Shown here piece by piece: positions 23,897 to 36,100 of a stretch of DNA of 64,000 bases; position 1 is the first letter of the stretch; each line of letters begins with the position of its first letter. This stretch comes from Iphione sp. A-MEVVRFRX5 (taxonomy: Eukaryota): assembly GCA_976226885.1 (NCBI GenBank), contig OZ320323.1, positions 39,990,001 through 40,054,000 on the forward strand, in the 5' to 3' direction. The notes beneath the pieces are model-generated. The model saw only the letters and a program-made list of their open reading frames with translations, was not told the DNA's origin and made no database searches. Both the position numbers and the translations under genes were made by a program.

Positions 23897-25566
23897 AGAA
23901 AGAGTAGAGAGGATGACCTCACTGGTCGTAGCTGATGACTGGCTTCCCCCGTGAACGTGAACGTACGCTTGCTGGTCACATTCCATGCAGATGGTGCGTT
24001 GGCATAGAAACGCTATGGTCCGCCGGTGCTCGGCGTTCGTAGCGCACAGGTCCATCGGCCGCCCGGTCCCAGCCGTTCTGTACCTCACCAACCTTCGTGC
24101 CCACACTCCCACCAATTTTCAACCCCCTCTCCCAAAACCGCCGGACGCTGCACCTTCCCAGTTATACGTACAGTGTCGTCCCCTGGCGGTGCAACACCCG
24201 ACTCCACGTCTGAGTCCATCACACACGCCCCAGAGCGGCTCCGGCGTCATCCTTCAAAGGCTGCAGTTTGGGGAGGCAATGCACATCCCACACAAGGGGA
24301 AGAGATAGGCCGGTCTTGCGGGGTGGATCCTCCAAGTCCTCCGGGGAGCAGGAGGGCTGTCCACCAGTCACGGCGGTATCCTTCTATACTCATTGTTCGC
24401 GGGACATTGGCAGCCGCCGCGGCTGCTTTGGGCACCGATCACGTCGCCTGTCTGTGTGGGGCCTGCCAGCGCCCCGTGAAGGATAATACACGTACCCTTT
24501 AACGACCACCTCCACACACAGGGACACAGACACACAGAGACAGCCCCCACTCCCACCCGCACCCGCGCGTGCGTACACACACACACACACGCGAACACAC
24601 TGGGCTCGACACCATCCGCGAACAGCAGTGCGGGACTCGTCCGTATACGTACGGCCGTGATTTCTTACCGTGCACCTAGACGTGGCTGTTTTAAGAAGCT
24701 TAGAGCAAGGCTGCTCACAAGAGGGGTGAGTGGGCCAATTGATCAGCTCATCGCGTGGTTTCGTCAGGTTTCTTTCCATACACAGCGGATAGCCGGCTGT
24801 AGTACACAGAGAGGCGACCAGGGGGCGCCCAGGTGCCCCAGGTCGTCAGGAGCCTCGCTGGGAGCTCAGTGTTAAAGAAACGCCCGTCATCAACACGCAA
24901 ACTACTAGTGAAACCAACGACGGCCGTATCCAGAAGGGCCAACTGCCGCCCGAGAAGGACAAAAAGCACGGCATACGCCTGCTCTCCACAACCTTTATTC
25001 AGCTGCAGTGGAAAGAAAGGGGCGTTGATCGTTTGTAGCCAGCTGAACAAACAGTCGCTACATTTCAAAGTCTGAAAAGTGCCTGGGGCGATACATATAT
25101 GTGTCCAAGGCCGATCAAGCCGTAAACGTAACACCAGGGAGTGTGATCTGTAGAGGATTAAACAGTACCACGAATACAACAAGCACATTGATGGGATGCT
25201 TTTAGACGATCCGTCCGCAGCGCCCTCCTGAAGAACGGTCGGCAACGGGGCGCACTACCGCCCAATTCTTCAGACTCGATCCTCATCACCAGTGAAGTAC
25301 AAGGTTTGTTGGGTCGGCAGGAGATCGTCATCCTTCGGAACCGACCGCGCAGGAAGCCGCTTGGTAACCAAGAAGCGAGGAGGGAGACTTTAAGTGGTGA
25401 AAAAGTGGCGAGAACGGCCGACGACAACGTTCCCCCTCAATCGGTTCTCGTGTTACCTGCTTATGAGATAGACATCAAGTATACATGTACATATATATAT
25501 TTATACACGCCAGACACGGAAGCAGTTGATCAGGCGGCAGTGACTCTCTGTCAATATCTTCACACA

Positions 25567-25598
<32 letters not shown>

Positions 25599-25981
25599 GT
25601 CGCTTCCTGCTCTGACGACTACCGGAAATCGGGCACGCACCGTCTGTCAGGAAAAAACTAAGCCAACGAGCACAGGAAACAACAGATTCACGAGGCTGCA
25701 TTTATTAGGAGAGCGACGGGTGCTGCCTTGTTGTTTGACAGGGGTGAGGGGAAGCCACTGTTAACGGGGTAATCTGAGAAACCTGTTTCAACTCGAGGAT
25801 CCGGTGGGCGGGCGCTGTACTTCCCCTACCCGTTGTAACACGTGCGGTCGAAACACACGCGCTCGCCGCTAGGACTTCGGGTGAGAATGGCGGCATCGGT
25901 TCGAGCCCGTCTATGAAAAAAAGGACCGCTGATCTGCTCAACACGTGCTTAAACTCTCGAGGTGAGAGGCTCATTCGTGGC

Positions 25982-25989
25982 TATAAATA
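25982..25989 (+). promoter_or_regulatory. TATA box
   Basis: TATAAATA in GC-rich context, about 50 bp upstream of a Kozak ATG and donor. Confidence 0.55.
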
Positions 25990-26039
25990 GAAGAAGTCAA
26001 GAACTTGCCCTCTTTGACATCGCGCCGCCCTCCTCCGTC

Positions 26040-26080
26040 ATGGAAACAGGCTGCAGCACCTCCAGCAACTCCAGCCTCCT
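26040..26080 (+). CDS. TP53I11: Candidate alternative first exon (METGCSTSSNSSL-L)
   Basis: gtcATGG Kozak; 41 bp, phase 2; CCT|gtatgt donor; TATAAATA at 25982-25989 at the end of a CpG-rich block. Confidence 0.55.
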
Positions 26081-27531
26081 GTATGTATATTTCATGGTTT
26101 CAGTTTCATGTTTAGATAAGGAGTCGCTTCCATTAAGATGTCGCAAAGCACATTCAATATGTTCAGAGTGAAACACCACATAAAGCACCGTAATGTGGAC
26201 ATAGCCTGAAATAACAGTAATACACCATAATGTGGACATACCTGAAATTACAGTGTGGAGAAATAAGGAGTGTGATTTCTGATCAAATACATGTACAAAA
26301 GTACAAGTGGTGGTGACCTGAACTTAGGAACCTTTCAGTCGGGACATAGCGCTGTCCACATTGTGGCTACATTCTAATGTACATTTGGGTTTAAATATAC
26401 GTATAGTAGGTGTTGCACAATTTGTTCCATACGGCAATTCTGTAACAACGACGAATTACATGTATCAAATTATAGTCAGTCTACAAACTTCTTATTCTTT
26501 CGTACTGAACTTGATGCAGATGTGTGTTTCGATGGGTGAACTATCCATCATATAAGCTGGGTTTTTCGTACATGGCCTACTTTGTGATATTACATCAGCT
26601 AACGAAGGTCAGCCTCACCACGCTCAGTTTCAGCCAATCTATTTTCGAACGATATACATATCCATGTATATCCTAGTATGACATTATATGCGAACTGCAT
26701 GCTACCTGTGTCATCTGTATTAAAACCGTATGTTAAGGGCAGCGTGTTATGATGTATGGCTATATTGATGGTCAAGGGTGCATGATAGACGGTATACATA
26801 TCTTGCTCATTATTATCAACATAATTAGAGCATAATTTTATGCGTTCCACCATCATGATTTACAGGGCTATTTATCTACATGAAAACTGCATTATACAAA
26901 CCAACAGCTTGCGTTTAAGCAGGGGAAAACCAACGATTGAAAACCTTTCCAAATATAGTTACCATATTTACTACTATTTGTTATCTGGCATAGAATGACG
27001 GTCGTGAGGGAAATAGGAATAAAACTCTCTCCATCCAGTTTCGCCATAGGACATTTAATACCGTAACGCTATGGTCCTGCGTCACAAAAGAACCACCATA
27101 TCTCTCTCTCTTTCTCTCTCTCTCACACACACACGACTGACATACTCAGTGTGTTTAAAGTAGTATTCATCGCCTCATAACCTCGCTCTGCTGTGTCCTC
27201 CGCTCGCTGTCCACACGCCATGACGTCGTTTGTATAACAGAGGTTTTTATGCACAATGAGACGTGGAAAGCATGGCCTAATGCGTTGGAGATCATTAGTG
27301 AGATGCCAGCTAGCAACAATGGGTCGTCACCTTTCCGGTTGTATTTAGCCAGGTTCACCCGTGCCGTGTCATAACAACAGAGAATATTGGTTCCGATTCC
27401 TCTGTGTGTGTGTGTGGGGGGGGGGCACTGCATTATGAAATTCCCGATGGCAGCATGCATAAACGGTTTGTACAGTCAACTCTCACTTACAGACCAGATC
27501 ACATGGGAGACCAGACCACAATGGAGACAAG

Positions 27532-27806
27532 ATGTTAATAGTACCAAACACACATATTTCTCTAACCAAAGAAACCACAAAAAGAGACATACCACAAGAG
27601 AGACCAAATTTCTCAAGTCCTAGACATGATAACTCTAGTTCAGTTATAACCATAGCTTTGCCTTCAGTCGACAGGCTTCGTGTCTACCTGACCATTCAGA
27701 CATGTCGCTTAGATGTTTTCATAAAATTATTCCGATTCTTCGATAGTTTAGCATCGCATAAGGCTTCTTTGCGCCTTCATCGATGGCATTCCAGAAAAAA
27801 CAAAAG
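27532..27806 (+). CDS. Weak candidate long first exon (MLIVPNT...RKNK-R)
   Basis: 91-codon ORF that ends exactly at an AAG|gtaaag donor in phase 2; no other support. Confidence 0.22.
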
Positions 27807-28539
27807 GTAAAGTTCGATAAAACTATAAAACGTTGGGAAACCTCCAGAAAACAGGTTATAGCACCCGTGCTTCAGCAAACCTCACAGACCTGCTCCAGGG
27901 AACCGACCCCAGAAGGAAGTTTGGCTGAAAGGGTTAAAATACGGACAGGAAGGTCTTTTTAAATCTCTCAACATTCCGACAGTTCTTTACAGATGCTCAC
28001 GGAACCTTTATTAAAAAGACTGTACGCGAGATTTTAAGAAAGGTTCGATGCAGTAGTTTTTGTGTTAGTTTCCTTTACGCCAAACGCTATGGAAATCGTC
28101 ACGAGGCATGCTTACTCAATTATTGATTAACCCTTTGTCACATTTGTACTTTTTTCCCCTTTACTCCCCCCCCCTGGTTACGATCTGTAACGTGATCCGT
28201 GTTATTCAAAAGGGCGTTGGGTGGGAGCATTTCCCATCAGAGCCAGCAGCAGCAGCACAACCCCAGCCCGCACCCCCCACCCCATACACTAACACACCTT
28301 CCGTCCTCTTCTGTCTCGTGATGTGCTCTTTGCATGACCAGACCGCTAGGTTAGGTCTCAGGTGATAGATGACCTTGTGTGGACAGGCCGCGGCCGCCGC
28401 CGCCGCCGGCCCGGCCGCCTGGGTAAGGAGAAAGGTTACCGAAGCCGCCCCGCCTGCCATGCATTGGCCATCTGGTTCGGCGTTTTACTACCCCATCACC
28501 TTCTGCACCTGTTTACCGAACCATCTCTCCTTATCTCGG

Positions 28540-28860
28540 CCGACCTCTCTCCCTCATTCCAGCTGCTGTTCTCTATTTCTCTGCCTCTCTCTCTCTTCCT
28601 CTCTGCCTCTGTTTCTCTTTCTCTCTCCCCCCTTCTTTCCCCCCTTTTTCTATCTCTCGCTATCTCTCTTTCCCCCTCACTCTATCGTTCTGTTTCTGAC
28701 TTCTCTCTCCCTCCCTCTCGCCTCCTTTTACTCTTGCAATACCTCGCCAGTTTACCATCCACCATTTCTACCTTTCTCCTCGACCTTCCCTGTCTTTCTA
28801 TTTCACTTTCCTACTTCGCCATTGTCGCCCTCTTTGTCTGCATGCCTCCTCTTCTGGACT
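28540..28860. repeat. (CT)n-rich pyrimidine tract
   Basis: Low-complexity CT; source of spurious L/S/P ORFs. Confidence 0.85.
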
Positions 28861-30949
28861 GTGTTGAGTTAATGCTATTTTGTTTTTATTTTATAACGAT
28901 TGTTTCTCCTGGTTGAGAAAGCCTTGCATAGCCAGCTGCTATTTCATTCTTCGTTTATATAATTTACACAATGTAATATCCACAAATGATATATGAAATG
29001 CCATGCATGTAATTGACCAGTAGGTAGGTGGATATTCTTGATATATCAGGGGAAATAGTATTAGATTTACTTAATCAGATAATGGTTCGTATACATGATT
29101 GTATATAGATGCAGTAGCGAGGGTTTCAGTGGATCTGTTCAAATGCAATGTATAAAATGATTTGTATGATTTAATCAGGGGAATCACTCGCGTGTTCGAT
29201 TTCGGCCTCTCTAAGTTATCTGCAGTATCTCTCTCCTCTACTTTTTAAGTAATAAATTACACCTGCATGTGATGTGAGATGAGATACAATGGCAACTGTT
29301 CTCCTGCACAGTCAGCAAGCAGCTTTTTCAATGCCTGTTGGATAATTATTCGTTATATAACGTTCGTAGAGCTGCACATGTTTCCGATCTAAGTTTCTCA
29401 GCACAGAGGTTCTTATCTGCAGTGTACCGTTCTCTACTTCCATTTTCCTTCTAGTTTGTCGTTAATAACACGTATAATTACGATCCAAGATAAGCCGTCA
29501 GTAATTTCCAAGCCTAATTGCGCCGAGATTTAGAACAGTGGAAATGTAAATACTAGGCTCGATAGACCGAAAGGAAAGAGGGTATTTAGTACGGTTCCCA
29601 ATATCACATACAGCAAAATATGGTGCCAAGATTGCCTTGACCGACCAGACATGATGGCGATTGTGGACTATGGCTTCTCCTCAGATACTTCTCATTAGAG
29701 GAAATCCTTTCATTTGATTGACGGCACAATTGTGCCCTTTGTGTGCAAGATTACAACGGTGGAGGTATATTAGCTTGGTTTTGTTCTCGTCATTACCAGG
29801 TCCTTCTGTTAGTTTTGCTTGTTTGAATCATTCCTCGAATCCTTTGTATTTGACGTGTAGCCTCCACTATACATCCTGTATGTCCTCGAAAAGCAATTTC
29901 CTAACAAGCGGTATCATCCAGGAACTTTCATTTTCAATTTCCACAATTATCTATTATAGACATATATTTAAATATGTTTTTTGCCGAATGATCTGAAATT
30001 GTTTGCTGGATAGCATCCTGCATTCTCAAAGTGCACTTAAAAAGGTAAAGAGTTTATCTTTCCGTCGGATGCACTGACCACTGCAGAAGAACACATGGGG
30101 AACGGTACGAATTTTCTCTTTCACTGCATCTCTGCAAAAAGGAAACTCCCACCAACTGTGAACAACGATATTATCGAAATTGTCAGGAAAACAGAGACCC
30201 CCGTACAAAACAGAATGTGTATATATTTCGTTAATTTCTATCGATTCCGTCTTTGACGTGTATATATTAATTTAACGTATACCCTGTCATGCAATCGGAA
30301 GCTTCCTGTTATAGCTTCTAAATTAGCCCCTTCGAAAGCATGTCGGTGGTTTCTGTTACAGCCAGACTGTAGAAAATTACACAAGATGGACTTGCTGAAC
30401 TAACTCGTCTATAGTCACACTCAAATCCTGTTTCGATATCCATAAACGAGAAGGAACTTGACACTATCGAGAAATTAGCTCATATAGTACTTCCTTGAAG
30501 TATAGATAGCTTGTTACCACAAGGAAAGTCTGCAGGAGTGGGCCAAGGAAGGTAAGTCTGAATGACGTGTGTGGGAGTGGGGAGTCGGGGAACCGTGATG
30601 AGCAGAATTTGTAATCTCTATGGGCTTAGGTTGTAGCCTAGACGGTTTTACGGTTGCACGTGGACCATTTTCAAGAGATCTGTGATAGGATCGTGCCCAT
30701 GGCAGTTTTGATCTTTGGAGGCTGGGGGATGGAGGGGGGTGAGAAGAGAGCTAGAGTCTAATGGGCACCATGCCACTCAGCCCCAACCCCACCCACCCCC
30801 CTTTGGTTCCAGCCATGGCTTCCTCAAATTTAGACAGTCGCTTGTTCCCAAGGGAAGTGTTACTGAGCATTCTAGCCTAAGCTGAGTGCACTATTAATGT
30901 TGTCGACAAAATAGCATCGTAAATATACACCCACACGCCTCGCATCAAA

Positions 30950-31137
30950 TATGAAACCGGCGTTAAGAGACCAAGCTCGGGGCTGGCCAGTTTTGGCCTC
31001 TCACACAGTTTGGTCTCATCAGACGTACTCTATATAGAGTACATGTAATATTAATGCTTTTCGGTCTTAGAAATCTCGGCTCCCAACCTGGTTTGGTCTT
31101 CCCTGTAATTGGGTCTTTAACCAGGTTTCCACTGTAT
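30950..31137. mobile_element. Degenerate TA-CAGTG-type MITE
   Basis: Right end GGTCTTTAACCAGGTTTCCACTGTA is an inverted match to the left TGAAACCGGCGTTAAGAGACC. Confidence 0.45.
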
Positions 31138-32446
31138 AACAAATCCAGCTTTGGAAACGCAGCCTTAAGCGGCTGGTGTAGACCTTTGCAGTGGGACGTG
31201 CTGTAAATAGAGAGGTGTAAATAGAGAGGAACGGTAACTGGAGAGTGTTACGTTGACAATGTAATGATGGCGATCAGGGATGGAGAGGTATACATTCTGT
31301 AGCGAGCCCCAGATTTCCTTTATTCTCCCGTAGTTAAATACTTTTACCTAGGTGTACATGTAGACATACACGGTTCAAACTGCATGATAACCCACCGGCC
31401 ATGGGTCAAATTTGTTCCGGAGTGGGCAACTGTTCGCCGTAATGATAATAAGTTTGATCCGGGCAGTAAACATCTTTTTTGTATCCAAAATAGGCCTTCA
31501 GGCAGGATTGTCACCGTTCCAAAAAGTTCAGTTAAAAGTCTGCGCTTGGATGCATGTGTCGTACAAGTCCTCATTTTCACATGTCGTCCTTTGAACTTTT
31601 GTTTTGTCTTTTAGAATGCATTGTGATCTTTTCAGAGCTCATAAACATCATGGCCCAGAAAGGAAAGGTTGATAGAATCATTCGGTTGTGCATCGGGTCG
31701 GAAGGTTCAGAAAGTTGCCCTGTGTCCCATGTTTCTGTTTCTTTTCTGTTCTTACGATAAATATGATGACGCTGAGCGTGAGATTATTCCAGTCTGATGC
31801 AAGAACATGGGAGCGCGGATATGTGAGTTGACACCCATTGGGGAGGAACTGTGCGATTGTTATCTGAATAATTCAGTTATTGTCTGTACATCGTGCACGA
31901 TAGGGTATCATGGGAACTGTTATCAACAGCTCGAAGACTCCAGGCTCTCCTTTTCCACGCCTTGCCGATAGAATGACGGCGCCTTGGCAAAATCAGGCCG
32001 GGTGGCAGTTATGATCTTTGGAGTCGGGGGGGAGGGGGTGGGGGGAGTGGCGGGAAGAGAGCTTGAAGGGGAGGAGGGGGAGGGGGTGATGGACACCATG
32101 CCGAGTCAATTCCCTCCACCGCTCTTCCACGAACGCTCCCGGAACGCCGCCCTGCCAGGAAAAGTGGGGCCCCACAGAGAGCAGTGGTGCCGGCAATATT
32201 AAGGTGTCTCTCCCAGTCTCTTGGTCCAGGCGACTTCTCTTACACGCGGTCGCTCTGGCCGTCCCTCCCCCCCCCCCCTTCCTGATTGCATTTCCATGAG
32301 AGGAAAGGCCCTCTTCACCCCACACCGCCTCAGCAGACATGGCTTGTCTCACCTTGCCACCAGAGGCAGTCCGCCATGCATTGATGAGAGCCGACCTTGG
32401 TCGGGTGTACAAGGTCAGCGCCACGACAGGAAGCGTTAGTGGCGGG

Positions 32447-32830
32447 GATAGCCTCTTACAAGCGTTTATATATGTGTATACCATATTTAGAGGGGGTAGG
32501 CAGTGAGAGAAACAGAAAATCGCATCAGGCATTGTTGCATATTATATTTAGGGGGACAGGCAGTGAGAGGAACACAGAACATCGCATCAGGCATTGTTGT
32601 ATACCAGATTTTGAGGGTCCAGGCAGTGAGAGAAACACAGAAAATCACATCAGTGTCGGACGCAATAGCCTCTCACAAACATTTACATACATGTATAGGC
32701 TACTTAGAGAGGACAGGCAATGAGAAACAAAATCACAGTAGACAGTGTCGAGACGCGATAGCCTTTGACAAACGTTTACATATATGTACTGCACTTAAAG
32801 GGGACAAGCGATGAGAGAAACACAGGCGAT
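32447..32830. repeat. Compound imperfect tandem repeat (about 62- and 92-bp units)
   Basis: Anchor GGCAGTGAGAGAAACACAGAAAATC recurs 5 times with two alternating tail types. Confidence 0.8.
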
Positions 32831-33102
32831 GCAAAGGCAAATACAGAAATTAATCTGGGATTCATCTCAAAAATGACACTCTCAAGTAAAAGGAATCCGA
32901 CTATTCACTTGAGTTTTCAGGCGTATCCCGTTGGGGATCAGACAGCTTGTCAGGCTTGCTCCAGTCTCAAGTTCAGCCGTCAATTGCTCATACCTCACAT
33001 TGAAATGCCCTCACACTGTTCAGGCTAAATACTGCAACTTACCCAGCTGAAATGCCCGTAGTCCTTTGCACTATTTGTTTCTGTGAATAGGCATATTCAG
33101 TA

Positions 33103-33195
33103 TACAGTAAAACCCCGCTATTCCTTCACTCGTTAGTCCCATTTGATTGTGCCTGCAATTGCGAGGTTGGTGGTATAGCGAGGGAGTTGTACTTA
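33103..33195. mobile_element. Small pogo/Tigger-like MITE
   Basis: TA-CAGTAAAACCCCGCTAT ... ATAGCGAGGGAGTTGTAC imperfect TIRs. Confidence 0.45.
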
Positions 33196-36100
33196 CTTTT
33201 CCAAAGAATAGACATCATTTTTGAAACAGTATACAGGTGTATTCACCAGAAAAGGCAGATATACATGTACGCATGTATTTACATCGGATTTAGATATCAA
33301 ACATAATTAAGTATCAGTTAGATTGCACGAAAGAATGAAATCTTCAGTTTCAAGTCTCTGAGACATTGAGACAGTCCATGGCGCTCATCCGGGGAGTTGA
33401 ATGCCACACACTACTACGGACGTCGGCCACATGTGGTTAGAAGCAATCTCAGTTCGAAGCCAGTGCCTGTTGAACCGGCACCTTTCCCGTTGCTAGGCTT
33501 TGCATAAAGAGTAGGTTGTAACTTTTCCCGCTTGGCCAATTATCAACCAGCTGCATTAATCACGCGTAAATGTTTATCCCTTAATCTCACTGTCTGGCAC
33601 AGATAACGCCCTTAAGGGGAAGTTATCAATCCGTCCCCGCCCCCTTTTTTTGGCGGGTTAGTATCTACCGGAACCGTTTCCGCGATCAAAGAAATAAACG
33701 TTGTAATTCACTAATATTGTTTCTAATAGATAGTTACGTGCCTTCCCCGTATCTGGTTCAGATCTCTTATTCCAATTTACATAACCGAGTAGGTGTGGTT
33801 GTCCAATACATAAAATAACCAAGGTACCACTCTGATAGGAACATTGATTGCAACTGCGGTTGATGTTTTTTTTGCGATGCGTGTTACACTGGCAACCACA
33901 CTTGATCATCTGTTGTTGTGGGTCACAGTCAATCCAAATTTTTAAAAAAAGATGCTCGAAATCCATCACCTGGGAATAATTATGAATAATACAGTCATAG
34001 CAGAACCGTCTCACAGCAGAATCGTCTCACATCACGTTATAATTGAAATAGTTCATCAGTAGCCACTTTCATACACACAGGGCTTTAGTGTTCACTCTGG
34101 TCAAAGAGTGCTGACTTAGCTACAGTTATACTTATATCTGGCTGCCTGTTGAGTAATGTTGTTATGCAGAGCCTACTTGAAAGGGTCGATTAGAAGTTGT
34201 TGCAGGGTGTCGGTTCCCGGATCCAGGGCCCTGCTAATCTGCCCCCAGTGTGATCAGTGTTTGGTCCGACATGTAGGCAGGATGTTTACCCAGTCACGGA
34301 TATCCTGATTGGATGGTAGGGGTGATCACTGCAGCAGCCTGGGTTGGACCATCAAGGACGAACGGTCTGGAGATGCCCCCCCCCCTCAAGTACATGTATA
34401 GGACAGTGAGAGGGGCATCCATTTCCACATACAGTCTCGGGATTATGGCCAAAACTTTGTTTCAAGCAACGCTAGCCCTTTCACTGTATACATGTACCTG
34501 ATAACATTCTTACTCCAAGCATCATTCTCTGCTTCCAATATCCTTATCGGTAGACTAATTTAGACAGCATTTTGGGACATTTACAATTAGATGAGAGTTT
34601 CAACATTATATGTTTGGCACTGCCAACTGCTCGAGCATTCTATACTTTATCTGCAGGAGTGCAATAGACTGGCCCCCCATCCCTCCATCGATGCTCAGGC
34701 TCAGTTTCCTTGTACGTGTGTTTTCATAGTTATATTTGGACAAATGTAAAGCTATGCACTGTCTTGACATTGTCACTGTGCTCACATGTGCTTGCTTAGT
34801 GTCTTCATCATGAAATACCTCTGTCGGTAAGGCCAAAAATATCTCTGTTTCCATTTTGACCTTCTTCTATTTATGATTGTTTTATATACAGTTAACTCTC
34901 ATCAATCCGACCACACATCTGTCAGGGCAACCCTTGGGAGAGGCCACCTTTTGCCACGCCAACCTATGAAGAATACATATTGAATATTTATAAGAAAATC
35001 AACCCAGGTAGTAGGGCGACCCTGTTCCTTCAAGCGGTGACATTAGAGAGTTTTTTTGTATGTCAAATATTTACCACATTGCCAACTTGAAGGGAGGCAA
35101 TTACAAATTGAAGACAATCACATACAAAGATAGAACTCTATCTGACTTGAAGAGTAACAATTTCGTTTACTTCTTCATCTATTATATCACAACATCACTT
35201 TCATCAATCATATATTAAAAAATATGATCATGCATTATTTCTGCCATAATCAAGCCTCGCGTGTAAATTAAACTTTCTTTTTTTAGGAGCGGAGGTGAAT
35301 TTATGTGGCCGTGTCGCATCCGCCTCTCGCCCATCCAAAACCTATTAACTCAGAGGTGAAAGTTCAGGTCATTTAATCTTAGATATGACCTTTGGAAAAT
35401 GGCGTTCGTACATCTAGTAAACATGCAAGGTGGCAGATACTTAGAAAGCTGAGTATCATGTTAAATAAGGCCGGTGTATATGACCATAACTCGTGGGGTT
35501 CGGAGAGTTTTCCCGAACCTTCCGACAGAACAGTTGATCTGCCACCTCGATGGAAACAATCTGAAGCCTTCCTTTACAAATGTAATGCAATTCAAGCATT
35601 TTCCGACTTCACAGTACACATGCTCTCCAAACTTATAGTAACGTAGTATCGGCTAATTGAATGGTATTAACAGAACCCCTTTGAGAATTATAGTAACTGA
35701 AAAGTTCCCCAGAATCCAGAAGGATTCCGCGGCATTTGGAAGGCTAGCTCCATGGTTGTAACGTACATCGGTGCTTATTACTGAATGAGGTTGTATAATG
35801 TTCATAATGAAGACTGAGGGTCCATTGCATACCTGCATTGGTATCCGTGCATTTTCTATCCATGTTTTATACAGTTAGATCCATTTTTATTGACCATGTT
35901 GCTTTCAATGAAGGGTGCCCTGCACCTCTACGTGCGTTGAGGTCCATTTGAGGTCTGTTGACTCCATCTATTGACGGTCCCTTCCCGATAATTTTAGGCA
36001 GACAGACACCAAGACACCAATGCACCAGTAGCATAAAGGGAATACCCTTTGAAGCAGGCGCGCTTCCTCACATTTCCTCACTTTTCCTCACTTGACTGGT

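Larger units (their letters stand above)
23900..26080. promoter_or_regulatory. CpG/GC-rich island-like block
   Basis: Visibly GC- and CpG-rich relative to the AT-rich flanks; ends in a TATA box plus candidate first exon. Confidence 0.5.

Noticed and set aside
24748-25245. 165-aa minus ORF and overlapping plus ORFs in the GC-rich block
   Set aside because: Long ORFs are expected in GC-rich DNA; no recognisable domain or splice support.
28368-28421. GCC-rich exon-like segment ending TGG|gtaagg
   Set aside because: The ATG frame gives phase 0, incompatible with the constant exon; it could only be a non-coding exon.
33549-33562. CCAGCTGCATTAAT match to the pUC backbone
   Set aside because: Only about 14 bp with no flanking vector sequence; coincidental.
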